A stretch of DNA of 63,543 nt, counting the filler, from Hyphochytrium catenoides (lineage: Eukaryota; Protista; Hyphochytriomycota): the NCBI GenBank assembly GCA_900088475.1. It is 16 parts of 16 records of this genome, joined end to end, with 100 filler letters (N's around TTAATTAATTAA, not from the genome) between each part and the next. Parts side by side here need not be neighbours in the genome. Positions count along the whole stretch, not along the records: positions 35,844 to 40,077 come from FLMG01000316.1; positions 40,178 to 44,228 come from FLMG01002544.1; positions 44,329 to 48,030 come from FLMG01001403.1; positions 48,131 to 49,723 come from FLMG01000382.1; positions 49,824 to 52,551 come from FLMG01000869.1; 11 more parts are not named here. The stretch is one strand, 5' to 3'. A model generated the notes under the pieces. That model saw nothing but the letters and a program-made list of their open reading frames with translations, did not search any database and had not been told where the DNA came from. The translations under genes and the position numbers were made by a program. Positions 38,801 through 52,288 of this stretch are shown piece by piece. Every line of letters begins with the position of its first letter. The first letter of the stretch is position 1.

Positions 38801-40077
38801 TGACCACACACCACCTCCTACGAACCATCAAGAAAGAACAAGAAGGATCCTTTATACATCATGGTACCTTTGTCTACAGCTCTATCTGCTGACTGTGGCG
38901 GCCGCAGCAGTGTTGGGTGATGGTGGTGGCTGAATGTGGGTAGCCATGATGCTACACCAGCAGCACGCCAGAAAGAGAGAAGATAGAGTCGGACGGCCAT
39001 GTCTCTAGGACGATGACAGAAGAAGAGAGGAGGCGGCCATCCAATGAAGCAGCTAGCAGCGATGAAGCAGCAGCCTCCTACTACTAGGAACTACTCTAGT
39101 CATTGGTCATCAATGAAGAAGGGTGGGAGCGGACGTTCCTGAAGAAGAAGGAACTTCCCATTTATTGCCTTCCAGGCTGCTGCTGCCTCTGACATGAACC
39201 ACCGAGGACTGAGCACACAGCTAGCAGAGGGGAGGAGGTGGGATCCGATCTGACAAGCTTGCCTCTTCCCCTTTCTATAGCCCTTGTACAGTACAACCAG
39301 CATGCCACGATGAACGAACAACAGAGCCTTAATGCAGTCCTCCCCATACGTTTCATTGAAGAGTTGAGTTTGTACGCGGTCGTACGCACATGAGCACCGT
39401 TTGACTACAGGTAATAAATCCACCTGCAGGGGGGTTTTAGGGGAGAAGTAAGGGAGGAGGAGCGAGATGGTGGTTCGCTAGGTGAAAGTGGAAGTTCCTC
39501 GTTCCTCCGCCCTGACGATCGTCAGAAGGAGTGAGGCGCAGAGTGGTGATGGAGACAGCTTCGTGCCTTCTTCCTCTTCTGGTGGATCCTCCTCCTCTCG
39601 AGTTCTATTCATTAGTTCTATATCGGCCATCGGCCTCATTGATGTGTGCCCTACTCTCGCCGCCACAGAGAAGGAGGCACCGCAGTAGCAGCAGCAGCAG
39701 GGCAGGGCGTCTCCGCCTAAACTGGCTAGAAATGGGCAGTCCTACTCTTGGTTGATGAGAGACAGCACCAGCTAGTAGGTTGTGAGCTAGCTATATATGT
39801 AGTCGGAGTTGAAAGGATTGAAGAGGCGTGAAGTCGTGGTGGAAATCTTTGGTGGGAAAAGGAGGCGGCGGACAGAGGTTTTGGCCAAACAAAAAGAAAG
39901 CTCCATTATTAATTAGCCATGGTCTTCCCTTCAACCCACCGCAGGTCAGCCTGGGAGTGAACCTTCGGATACATGCACAGACCTTCTTTGTGCAGTAAAG
40001 GAGTCTAATCAATGGCATCCTTCCACTCACATTATTGGTGCTACGATGAGGAAGTGAACAATCCGCCCCCCCCCCCC
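35844..40077. other. GA-poor, stop-rich contig; probably old decayed repeat or TE DNA, unclassified
   Basis: No credible ORF. Trinucleotide runs (GAT/GCA/CTA/GAA) as in 16005-21782. Weak pogo-like LLFPP..TTSRL..P on the minus strand near 39800-39880. Confidence 0.35.
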
Positions 40078-42223
40078 NNNNNNNNNNNNNNNNNNNNNNN
40101 NNNNNNNNNNNNNNNNNNNNNTTAATTAATTAANNNNNNNNNNNNNNNNNNNNNNNNNNNNNNNNNNNNNNNNNNNNAAGAAGGAAGAGGTAGAAAAGGG
40201 GTGGGTTCTGGTGCAATTTGGGTTGGGGAGGAAGAGCGACATAGTTGAAAGAGGTAGAGCTCCTTGATAAAGAGTACGGACTTGGCAGCAGACCTCACGT
40301 TCTGGCCCTAATATATGCAGTTCATGGCGCAAGACAGAGTAAATGGTTTGCAACAGACAGAGTGCATGAAGAGGGATGAAATGTGATCAGGGAGAGATTT
40401 GCGCCCACTTGTGAGGAAAACGGTGTTGACCTTTCCAAAGAGCCAGAGTAAACAAGAAAAAGTGCGTTGTAATATAAGGAGTTAGCAGAGGTAGAGAGGA
40501 GAACAAAGAGAGAGAGAGAGAGAGTGAGAGAGAGAGAAAGAGGTCCAGAGGACGAAGGGAAGATATGAGGGACACAGAGTGAGAGAGAGCGACAGGAGAC
40601 ATAAGAGACAGAATAAGAGAGAAGAATTTATACAGTACTCGTAGTGTGAAAGAGAAGACTCTTGGAAGGGGAGAAAAAGTCATTGGGAGAGAGAAAGAGA
40701 CACAGAGACAAAGAAATCTACTTGTAGAACCAGCAGACAGAAAAACATAGTCTTTAGAACAATAACTATCTCAAGGAAATAGATAGATGACAGCAAGGCT
40801 TGTAATAGACAGACTAGTAGACAGAGTGTGCGGCTTGATCCGTTTGCCAAGACCCACCTTTAACGGCCACTTAAGCTGAGGGGGTGGTTTGGGGCTTGAT
40901 CAATTTATGAACAATACAGTGCTGATCGCCGCTAACGTAATTAATAACTGAAGTGAAACCAGGTTTGGGAACACAAGGACCGAGTGAGGGGCGGCACAAT
41001 GGGCCATACTGACGGAGCAGAGACTGAACGTTACCGGTTATAAAAATCCGTTTGCCGCCCGGCCAATTATTATTTACACAAAATCTCTACATATTTATAA
41101 AAAGTGCGCCCGAGCCTTTCACAGACAATAAGAAAACGCAAAAAAATCTCTGTCCTTTATAAGAGAGATTTCCCGATATGCCAACAGATTCTCTGCAGTC
41201 AGTCCAAAGCGGAAGAGTTGAGTTCTCCGGACGTCTCTGAAAGCACTGGGATTGGATGATCTCAAACTTAGATGTGGCCTGGTTGCAGCAAAGCCTGGCG
41301 TCGTTTTCTCCTTGTTCCTCCTCTGTCGTCATCGCGTCTGGTCTGTCTCCGCTGCGGCTGATGCTAGATGCGAGTAGTAGCGTGGGTGCTGGTGGAGCAG
41401 GAAGAGCAGCTCTGATCGTAGTATCGATGAAGGTCATAGAGGAGAGGACACGAAGAATGGATAGACTATCAGGCTGATATGGTTTACAGCAGCAGTACCC
41501 ACCAGCATGCCATCAAGAATAATTAGCAGGATGTCGGTCGCCAATAATGTTGACCAGAAGTCTTCTATCTAGTCTATCGGTAGTCTTCAGAACAAGAGGT
41601 GGCAAAAGCTTTTCGATAAATAGAAGTCAGCTTATCGTCAACCGTTGCGTAGAGCACTAGCAACGATCGGCGAGAGAGAGAAACTGATTATAGAGATCTT
41701 CCATGTATCAAAGAGCTTTGCTTCTCTCCTTTTGACGACGGGACGAGGGGCGGCCGAACATTGCTGGGGTAGTAGATTTCTCCTCCAAGCTTTCTGCCTC
41801 TTCCCCATCTCTCAGGCAATTAGCGGGGGCTTTAGTGGGGACTCTGATCTGGGACGTGAAGCTTTGCTCCGTAACCTATGGAATCTCAAGAATGGAGAGC
41901 TGTCATTCTTCTTGTCCATTGTCGTGCCGCTCCAGACACTATGTTTTCTCATTTGCTCGCGCTTTCTCTCCTTCTCTGGACGGCACTTTTCCTCTTTGTA
42001 TCTTCGCTGTGAGACCTATGATAGCTCTCTCTTCCTTGTGTTCTCCTCTTCTTCTTGCACGCTGCTCTCTGTCCTGTCTTTCTCTAACCATGGCTCTGTC
42101 TCTCTCACTCTTCCCAGTCTCTGTGTACTCTCTTCCTCATCCTTCAACCGATTCTCTCAGCTGATGAGTAAAGACATAGAAATTGACTGAAGGATGGAAG
42201 AACGCGTTACTACTAGCATCGTA

Positions 42224-42257
<34 letters not shown>

Positions 42258-42822
42258 CTTTGAGCTAGAGAAAGGGATCTGAGGAAGTGAGAGGGAGGAA
42301 GGACAAGAGTTAAGGCCAAACAGACAGAGAGAAAGGGGAAAGGAAGAGGGCTATAAGTCAAGGAGACAAGTTGTAGGTAAGACATAGAGAGGGAAACACT
42401 TTGCCTTTGGAAGAAAAGAGATAGAAAGAGGTAAAGAAAGACGAGACCAAGAGAGGGAGGGAATAGACAACTGAGAGCTAAGAGGAGACAAAAGGAGTAA
42501 GCAATGGAGAGATAGAGGGAGAGAGGCTCTCTGGGCACGGTTAGTGACAGAGAGAAAGAGAGGAGAGAGAGGGAGAGGTCTACCGTCTGCCCAGCGCATG
42601 TCAATAATATTTATCTTCGAACAAATAAAGGAACACACACATAATGAAAGGCTCTTGTCTGAGGCCATAAATAGCGTTTGAGATAGATAAAGCGAGAGAG
42701 AGAGGAGAGAAGAGAAGAGAAGAGACCAGATCGAAGACCGAGGGAAGACCCTTCGAACTAGAACAGGAGAGAGAGAGGGAAAGAGAGACAGTGGAAGAGC
42801 AGAACGCCAGAGAGAGAGAGGG

Positions 42823-43236
42823 CTATAGACATTCATACACTATGCTACTCTCCGCTTGAAGAGCGGATCTAGGGTCAGAAGTACTATCAGAGCTAAGCGT
42901 CCGCCGTTGGCCTCCGCTGCTAGAGAAAGGTCCATCTCCATCAGGGCTTGGATGGTAAAGAGAGATCTCTTCCTTTAGCAAGTCTGAAGCGATCAGGCAG
43001 AAAAGACATTAAGTTAGCTCCCTTTTCTATTAAGAGGAGAAGAGAAGAGCGAGTCAAGAGGAAAGACTTAGATAGCTTCATTTTGCTAACAGAGAAGAGG
43101 CGCTCCAAGTCAAGGTTCCATGCCGCGGTGTGCAGCCCAGCAAGATGGGGAAACATGGGAACACGCAAGGAAAGCCAGAAGGAAGACCAGAGAGAGAGAG
43201 AGAGAAAGACAGAAATAGAGAGAGAATAAGAGAGAA

Positions 43237-43275
<39 letters not shown>

Positions 43276-44050
43276 CAGAGCTATCCCTTACCTCTATATT
43301 GTGCTAGTGTCAGATCCGGACGGAAGTCGAAAGAGAAGTGCTTCTCTAGTTTCCCTGAATATTCCGTCTGCATGGCGAAAGATAGAGCGTAAGTAAGGCC
43401 GCTGATCTCTCCGAGACTCCTGGCAAGCTCTCCCGCTGTTTCTGCTCTTTCTCTCTCTCTCTCTCTTTTTCCCTTTCCCCCATCATAATACGTCTTTGTC
43501 TCTCTTGCTCCATGGATGACTGGCTTACCTCTGAAGCTCTGTCTCTACAGCTATGAAAGTAAGGATGCTCCAGTGCGTCTGCTGCTGAGATTCGCTGTGA
43601 AGGATCCAAGTTGAGCAGCTTCTCCAAGAGATCCAAGCAAGAGGCAGAAGCTGACGGAAGGAGCTTTGCTAGCGGGACCTTGGGCTTGACAGGGATCTTC
43701 AATATCCAGTCTGCTAGCTTCTTGTCCAGCTTACCAAGTCTCTCTCTCTCTATCCCCGGTCTTCCTAAGACTCTGGTGATTCTCCTGATCTGATCTTTTT
43801 GGTTTGCCCCGTCAAAAAGAGGCTTTCTAAGGAGCAGCTCGGCAAGAATGCAGCCTGCTGACCACATATCTATGGCTTTTGTATAAGGCGCAAGGTGCAG
43901 GATGACCTCGGGCGCTCTGTACCAGCGCGTGGCCACATAGTCCGTCATATTCTTCCTGTCTCTATGAAAATTAGAGACGTCCAGCCGTGCCAGACCAAAG
44001 TCACAGAGTTTGAGCGTGCCATCGCCGTTCACCAGGATATTTCTTGGTTT
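42823..44050 (-). CDS. MAP kinase with TDY activation loop, 5'-partial; exons 44050-43529, 43367-43292, 42983-42823
   Basis: KPRNILVN..LKLCDFGLAR..MTDYVATRWYRAPEVIL..YTKAIDMWSAGCILAE..RISAADALEHPYF; tail FSFDF..DLLKEEISLYHP. Confidence 0.94.
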
Positions 44051-44849
44051 CTAGACGAAAGAGAGAGAGATTTTGTCAAAGAACTGAATGCAAGAAAGAG
44101 AAGAGAAGAGAGAGACACCCCCGTCCTTCTTCTTGATTGAGAGTAAGAAGAGGACACCAGAAAAAGAAGTTTGCAAGAGGAACTAGAAAAAGGAGAGGGA
44201 GAGGAAGAGAGAGAGAGAGAGAGAGAGANNNNNNNNNNNNNNNNNNNNNNNNNNNNNNNNNNNNNNNNNNNNTTAATTAATTAANNNNNNNNNNNNNNNN
44301 NNNNNNNNNNNNNNNNNNNNNNNNNNNNCTCTGGGACGTCCTCCACTGGCTCGCCAGAAGTGCTTCACCAGATGTCTATAGCAAATGGCTGGCGACCTCT
44401 TCTCTAAAGGTAGGACCGTTAAAAAAGAAAAGGCCGCCAGGGAGTTTAGCTGTGCTAATTGGTGCAGAAGAGGATGAAGGTTTCGGGTCAGATGATGACC
44501 GTCCATGGATCCTCTATAGCGACGAAGAAGACGTGATGTGAGATGGAGGTTAAAAGATGGAAGCAGGTACCGGCAGAGTAGAGGTAAGAGAGAGAGAGAG
44601 TAGGAAAGAAGGTCAGGAGAAGATCACCTTTTGGGACGACAGGAGAAGATCACCTTTTGGGACGATGGTCCCTCAGGCATTCGTCATCTTCTAAGCTAAT
44701 AATAACAAGATGTTCTGTCCTACGTCAAGTCGACTGATCATATCCTATCCTCCAACGTGGTAAGACCATACTTGAAGGAGACAGGCTGCTGAAGATTGCC
44801 GTCGCACCACAAATAGCCTGATGAGACTAGCTAACGGATCTGTCGCGAG

Positions 44850-46900
44850 CGGGACTGCAACGTGCTCATTGAGGGAGACGGTAAAACTTTTCGTGGGGTA
44901 GTATTAGTTACAGTCTCCTGGCGGCGCTAGGAAGATGATGGGGGCTAGTCTCGCTCACTCTTCAGAGTTGCTTGGTTAGCCTCAATCCTGTCGTCTTCTA
45001 AGAGCGAGGAACCATAATATAAAGGCACAGCTGACCAGACCTGCGAAGGACCGCAGAGAAGTAAACCGCCTACTGGACAAGGCCATCCCCTGCTATTGGA
45101 CCTATTTGATTTAGGTAGATAGGTATGCTGGCGGCGCGGTGAGCGGGGGAAATAGAGTATATACTTTATGGCTTCTTACTTCTTCGTTGGTTTACTTAGG
45201 ACGCGCGTATTACTCTTCGGTTTGGACCAAGGGCCTCCTCCCGCTCGAGCCAGCCAGAACAGCTCCGAGGCCAGTATTGTGAGCCAAGCTAGAGGCTATT
45301 GCATCCTCGTCCGCTTGTCAACAAGGCAAGCGGTAAGCGAAAGGAGAACCAGTGTGGACTTCAACCAGTGGCCATTGCATCCTCCTCATTCCCTGTCCGG
45401 CCCGGGTGAGCAAACGAGAGTCGTAGTAGTAAACCGAGAGAGCGCTACGTACCAAAGTGAGATCTTGAAATGCTCCTCTAGCTACTCGTGTGAGGGTGTC
45501 GGATACGATGATGACACGGACTAAGTTTTGACTGCCCGCCGGCTGTCCAGCAGCAGGTGAGGTGGGGGACGGTCATTATTTCCCTCCCGTGTAATTAACA
45601 CTATATGGAGGGGGAGGTTGGTGGGGACTCCTGTCTGCGGCCTGGTCTCATTGTCATTGTTATACCTACTAGAAATCTGCTGAAGAGGCGAACTGCGGGG
45701 TAACGAGTTCACGTGGAGGACCAGAATGAAAGTAAAAGGCCAGCTGCCCTGGCGGTGGCGAGAACATCCCCTGCAGAGGAAAGAGGTTGCACAAGGGAGG
45801 ATAAAGGGCGGTACCGGGACACAGGTACAAGTGGTGGCGGGAGAGTCACGAGGAACAGGTCCGACAAAACACAACGAACTTCATTCTATTCTCACCCATC
45901 CTGTGCCTCTACAGTCAATGCTAATGAATAAGCGAGCGACGCCGCAAAGAGCCCCATATCTTTTCAACCAAGTCCTTGTCGCAGACATAGGGAGGAAGAA
46001 GACCCACAGAAAGGGCCAGGAAGCGTTAACTAGTCCTGTCCCGAGCAAAGGGAAGATTGCTAAGCACGTCCCTAAGTGAATGTACCGTTAGAGTCGCAGA
46101 TAGGAACCGCTTATGGAAATCCAAGGGTCACATCCTTGACCGGTTGACAATCACCGAGTCCAGAGAGAGGGAAAAAAGCAGCTACAGGCACCGTGGCGTN
46201 NNNNNNNNNNNNNNNNNNNNNNNNNNACTAACACCTCTGCCTGATAAGACGATCATCCGGAGAAGCTAAAGCTACAAAGAAGGTATGGAGGATGAATGGC
46301 GACAAGAGGACGGCCTATCTACCATAACGCCGACTGAGCAGCTGCCCAAGGAGAAGATAGACCAAGAGAAGACGAGAGACGGCGACGAGCCCGGAAGGGC
46401 CAGACGAAGGCGACAAGAAGGTGGCCTAAAACCACTCGGTGCTAAGGCAGGCCCAGAAGCACCGCGAGGTTGCTCCCGGGCCCTGCGCCGCGAAGGAGGA
46501 GAAGTCTGCCGCCCAGTTGAAGCGGGCCAGCGCGAGCGCCTCAACCTAGTCAGACAGAGCCTCAATATTTCTAATAATTAATAATATTAGAAAGAGATGC
46601 CATTATTTTTAGAGGAGAAAGTAGCCTGGCTCACGAGGTCAAAAGAGACTCCAGGCGAAAGAGGTAAGGGCAGTAAAGCGGAACTGCGTATCCACCAAGT
46701 GCTACAGGGCTACATTAACAACACTGGAGCAGAGAACCACAGTTAGAGAGTGGCAGATTGTCATGCATACTCGGTCTTGCCCTGGTTTAAAGTAGTAAAC
46801 GCTCTGTCGTGGCGCTGCGAAGAAAGACACTGGATAAATTTCCAGTGACAGAGAATAAGAGGCACCGGGCTAGCCAGGGCAGCAAGGACAACAATCTTGC
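44850..46900 (+). mobile_element. Highly decayed Ty3/Gypsy pol relic
   Basis: Motif ghosts in RT-RH-IN order: DRREVNRL, RVLLFGLDQGP (cf. VMPFGL.NAP), LTHPVPLQSML...HRKGQE (RNase H end), TAYPPSATG (cf. TAYHPQ.NG). Confidence 0.5.
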
Positions 46901-48569
46901 TTGAGGTGTCCGATAGAACGACACAAGAAGAGGAGACGGCAGCCCAAACAACAGGCACTACCGGAGATGATGATCCTGCAGAGTCTAGTAGTCCCGCCAT
47001 CCTTACTGCCACAGGCACCTAAGATACTGGCAGGACAGCAGAGACAGCAAAATCAGGGAGTGTCGACAGAAGGGGACGGAAGGAGGGCAAGAAGGACCCT
47101 CAACACCCAGGGCAACAACAGAAGACAGGACCAGGAGGGAACATGGATTGTGAAGACCAAGGAGAGTACCAGGGAGAAGAGACAACAACTACCAGCAGCG
47201 ACAAGAAGAGAGCCACACCGCCGGATAGTGGAGGACTTCTTTCAGAGACAGAATCAACCACGGGACGAGAAGCCGAGCGGCCTCTCCCTCCCCGACCACA
47301 CACTAACAGCTGCCGCACATGGAGGAGTTAGTAGAAGCAACGGCCGCGGCAGAGTCGGATCGCCCAGAAATGCGTATGATATCCATAGGACTAAAGGCAA
47401 GTGGAGTCATAGAAAGCATAATAGTTATCCTTCCCTCGTCAGGTCACGAAGAAGAGAAAGAAAGGCAGCACGCAGATGTGCATTAGGGCACTTACCATCG
47501 ATGCCGTAGTAGTTGGAAGAATTATCTACTTCTCTTTATGTTCTTGGCCCGAGACGTTTCCTTTCCTCCTCCTATATATGAAAAAGAGCTGACGATAAGG
47601 GAGTATCAAAGCATGGCCGGGGTTAGCGAGTTCCTTCACCACTGAGCTTTAATGCGCTCATCCTCCTCTGTGGGCGGGCTTGTCCTGCTGCTGATGCCCG
47701 TTAAAGGACTTTGTCGCTACTCCTCAATCCTCTGTGCTACGTAGAGTTCTTACACTACCAGTGTACCACAATCACCCGTTGTGCGTGAGGTTTCCGGCCC
47801 TACTCCCTTCGCTTCAGTAGGAGCAATGATGATTGAGCGTTACTCTGACTGCACATGGTCTCTAATAGCCCTCTGACTCTCTATCAGGTGCCTGATGATC
47901 GCAGCTGGCGGATTGGGGATAACCTGTCTCGCTCACTCACTGTCAAAAGTTATTGACCATTTAAAATATTAAAACTAGTAAGCTGCGCACGGGCTACCGT
48001 CCCAACGCTTTCAACAAATCAGACCTCACANNNNNNNNNNNNNNNNNNNNNNNNNNNNNNNNNNNNNNNNNNNNTTAATTAATTAANNNNNNNNNNNNNN
48101 NNNNNNNNNNNNNNNNNNNNNNNNNNNNNNGACAGAAGAAATGAGGATCAGAAGAGTCAGTTCTGGCAGAAAAAGGATCCACGAGATTTGCTGTAATCTG
48201 ATACCAGGGAGGCGGAAAGAAGTCTCTCCTGTCGATGAACGTCGGGCCACGGGAAGGCAGATCGAGACCCTAACAAGAGAGAAGTCAGAATCTCTTCCCT
48301 TTTAACAAAGACAAAGTCCGAGGGAGTGTTTCGTTTTCTCCTCAACAAGAGAAGATATCGTCATCTCCTCTTTCTCGGGAGGATGGGGCACCTCTTGCTC
48401 TTCCGACAATCTCACCGAAAAGACATAGTACTGCCTCTCTCTCTCTTCCCCTTCCCCTAAACCATTATATCAATCTGACAGGCAATGCCGAAGCGATGAA
48501 TTCCCTTTGCTGCAGCAGGGACCGAAAAGCGCAAGAACAACACAGTCAGAGAGAGAACTTGACGATGGG

Positions 48570-48611
<42 letters not shown>

Positions 48612-49823
48612 TTCTCTTTCTCTCTCTCTCTCTCTCCGTCTCTCTTTCTCTCTCACTGTCTCTCTCTCTCTTCTTGTCTCTCTCTCTCCTTGTCTCTCTC
48701 TCTCCTCCTCTCTCTCTCTCCATCTATCTATCTCTACTCTTTCTCCTCTTCCTTGCTTAATAAGCACCATAGCCTGAAATCTCATTTACTTCCTCTACTC
48801 AAGAGTATCTCTCTAGCGGGCGGAGAGACTGTGGCGGAAAAGTGGAGCTTCCTCTTTCTTCGTCTCCAGAGAGGAGGAGAAATGGCGTATCGGTGGAGAA
48901 AAAGACCTTGAATCCTTCGGCACCGAGTAAGCAGAAAAGACACTAAGGAGAGAGAGTACGTCAATTGCCAGAGAGAGTCCGATGGAGCGGAGTCTTCTCT
49001 GAACAATCAAGGTAGCAGGGCAATCTGTTCCTGACAGCGGACTCTTACGACGACATCGTTTTTGACAGTTGTGTCATGGAACAACAAGAGCTTTTGCCTG
49101 GACCAGACCCAGCAGCGACGGCCATTGCTATGGTTGCCGCGGATCTTCGGCTGGCTTCTGATTTCGTACATACAGCCTCAGAATGGCTTACTCTAATCAG
49201 GGTAAAATATCGGGACTAGTTTGGTATGCTATCGGGACGAGTTTTGGTATGCAGCGCTCCAGATGCCGGGACAGGGACTCGGGATGAGGTCACCGAGGTT
49301 AACAAGGTCGTTGAGTACTTTTGCCGTTTCATCATCGCAAAGACCTTTTATCTACGCACTCAGCTCCTTTTCCCTTCTTCCTCTCCTTCAGAGGGAGAGA
49401 CGAGGAGGGAGATCTGGATGCTCAGCTTACAATACTGAGATGGAGAATGAGCCAGCACACAGTCAGATCAGGCAGACGATCGAGCTCAGTCAGACGCTAG
49501 AGCAGCAGGATATAGAGTTTCCCAAGCGCAGAATGAGGAGAGAGAGAAGGAAGTGGATGGCGAAGATTGTTGAATCAGGAGGAACTTAGTAAGCCTCTGA
49601 AGGTAGACTTTTTTCTCGGTCCCTCTCTCTCTCCCTCTGACTCTCTCTCTTCCTTTCTTTCTTAATTGTCACTGTCTCTCTCTCTCTCCACCTTTACCTC
49701 TCTCTCTTTTCTGCCTCCTCTCTNNNNNNNNNNNNNNNNNNNNNNNNNNNNNNNNNNNNNNNNNNNNTTAATTAATTAANNNNNNNNNNNNNNNNNNNNN
49801 NNNNNNNNNNNNNNNNNNNNNNN

Positions 49824-50063
49824 ATGGAAGCAGATGGCGACCTTCGCACCTTCTGCGGCATAAAGACATGCCACCGCTCTTCCGATGCCCGAGTCTCCTC
49901 CAGTGATCAGCGCTACTCTGTCTTGAAGAAGGCCTCGCGCTTGGTAGCTCTTTCCAGGAGGTAAGCAGATGGGCTGGTTGCGCATCTCATGTTGGAAGCC
50001 TGGGCGCTGGCCCTCGGCGCCCTTCTGAGAGACTTCTTGAGTCAATCCGCCTTGCTGTGCCAT
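49824..50063 (-). CDS. Short-chain dehydrogenase/reductase (YhdF/YdaD or glucose-ribitol dehydrogenase-like), N-terminal part
   Basis: Q.PG.QHEM...P......Y...GLLQDRVALITGGDSGIGRAVA..YAAEGAKVAI. Confidence 0.9.
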
Positions 50064-50114
50064 TATCCTCTCTCTTTCTCTCTCTCTCTCTCTGTCTTAT
50101 GTCTCGTTCCTTGG

Positions 50115-50152
<38 letters not shown>

Positions 50153-51253
50153 GGGTCTCGTTTTGGCTCGCTGTTGGGCTGATGCTCTCGAGACAGAAAG
50201 TTGCTGAATGATGAGACTTGGCACCAGGAATCGAAGGACGAGGTTAAGAGAAGGGAAGAGAGACGATGGTACGGGAGAGATGTTCCTTTGAGATTTAGGT
50301 GTTTAAATTGAGAAGAGGGAAGTGGACGTTAAGGCAGAGAGAGAGAGAGAGAGAGAAAGAGGATGAGAGAGTGAGAGAGAGGAGGAAGGGAAGAAATGGG
50401 AAGATGTCAACATCCCCGTATCCCACATCTTCTTTCTTGGGTCCNNNNNNNNNNNTCTCTCTCTCTCGTCCCGCCTCTCTGCCTCGACCATCCTCCACAC
50501 TCCAGTGGCACTGATTCTTGGCGATCTCCTTTAGAAGAGGAGAAGAGATTCTGAGAATAGGAGAAGAAGAGACTCAGTTGCATTGCAGGTGAGAAAGGGT
50601 TCCAGACGGATGGTCAAGAAGAAAGAGCAACAGAAGACAACGAGAGCAAGATCAAGAGAAGGGAGAGAAGGGAGAGAGAGAGAGAGAGACAGGAAGAAAA
50701 TAGTGATTATGCTGGCACTGAGAGCGGAAGAGAGAAGAGTCAGAAGAGATGGAGGAGACAGAACAGGGATGGAGGAGGGACAGGTGTAGAAGTGAGAGAA
50801 GAAAAGAGGAAAGAAAAGAATGCGAGGGTTGGCTTGCCAGGGGTTCGCGCGCTGATGGAAGCAGAACTTTCCTTCTCCCACAATCAACAGTGGGACCTGT
50901 TGGCAGAGAAACGGAAGACAAAGAAAAGAAGAGCGAGAGGAGGAACAAGGGTGAGGAAGCAGAACGAGAAAGCTATAACCGGGAAGAAGGGGGAGAAGAG
51001 AGAGAGAAAGAGATAAAGAGAGAGAGAGAGAGAGAGAGAGANNNNNNNNNNNNNNNNNNNGAGAAGAGAGAGATCCCTTTTGACAGCGGTTCGTAGGCCG
51101 CCGCATAGTATTACAGCTCCACCCCGCCCTAACCCTACAGACCTGCAATATTACTACTTCTTCTAGCGAACATCAGAACAGTCAGAATCCGAATAGAGCC
51201 GCTAACGCTACTAATGGTGCTCGTCCGTTACCCAAACAAGAGGAACGAGGTGG

Positions 51254-51307
<54 letters not shown>

Positions 51308-51315
51308 CGAGAGAG

Positions 51316-51348
<33 letters not shown>

Positions 51349-52235
51349 TCAGACTGAGAGAGGAGATATATAAGAGAAATGAATAGAAGGGAATCCCCGT
51401 CTGGAACGTGCGGGAGATGCTGCAGCAAGAGAGTCAAGCGTGGTTGGTGATGGGCTTAAGTTGATTCGGCAGGCCTGCTGAATGGGAGAAATGAGAACAG
51501 ACGGAGTACAGAAGCACTTGCCATAGGATGTGTAAGTGCGAGAGAGAAAGAGAGAGAGAGANNNNNNNNNNNNNNNNNNNNNNNNNNNGAGCGCACGCGC
51601 GAGAGAAAAGGACAGAGAGGGAGACAGAGAGGAGAGAAAGAGAGAGATGACAAGAGGGAGAAGAGGTTACGAGACAGGAAGTAGACATAAAGTGCGCTCG
51701 AGAAGCAAGTGGGAAGAAGCTAAGCTTGAAGCTCTAGAATGCCTGCAGAGAGCTGAGCCAGCCAATAATGACCAGGGAAGGAGCAGCTGTAGGACCAAGA
51801 ACGGCGGACAAACAAACCTTCGCCCTCGTGCTCCACAGCGTCTGACGCCCCTACATTTCCCTAAAACCGGCCTCGGACGAGACAGATTAGCTAGAGAGAA
51901 AGGAAAGAAGAGCGACACCACGGGGAAAAGAAAGACAGAGCAAGCGAAAGCATCGGGAGAGCAATGAAAGAGCGACCAGAGAAAGAAGAAGGAGCAACCT
52001 GTTCTGCGCGTAGGGAGCGCCTCGTTCTTTCTTTCTCTCAGTCCGCGGGTCTTCCCATCCTTCGCCGGGCTTGAAATAGCCTTAGGCAACATAGAAAGAG
52101 AACAAGTCTCCTTCCCGTTATGCGGACAGACTTTGCCACGAAAGATCATTGCCTTCCCTGACGATAGTGTCACAGTGGCAGACCGATAGAGGCAGAGCGG
52201 TGCAAGAAAGGCTAACAAGCGCAAGAGCAAAAAGC

Positions 52236-52288
<53 letters not shown>

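Noticed and set aside
44616-44667. Short tandem duplications (26 nt here; also ~17522-17582, ~59228-59375, ~60175-60235)
   Set aside because: Ordinary slippage products with no spacer structure.
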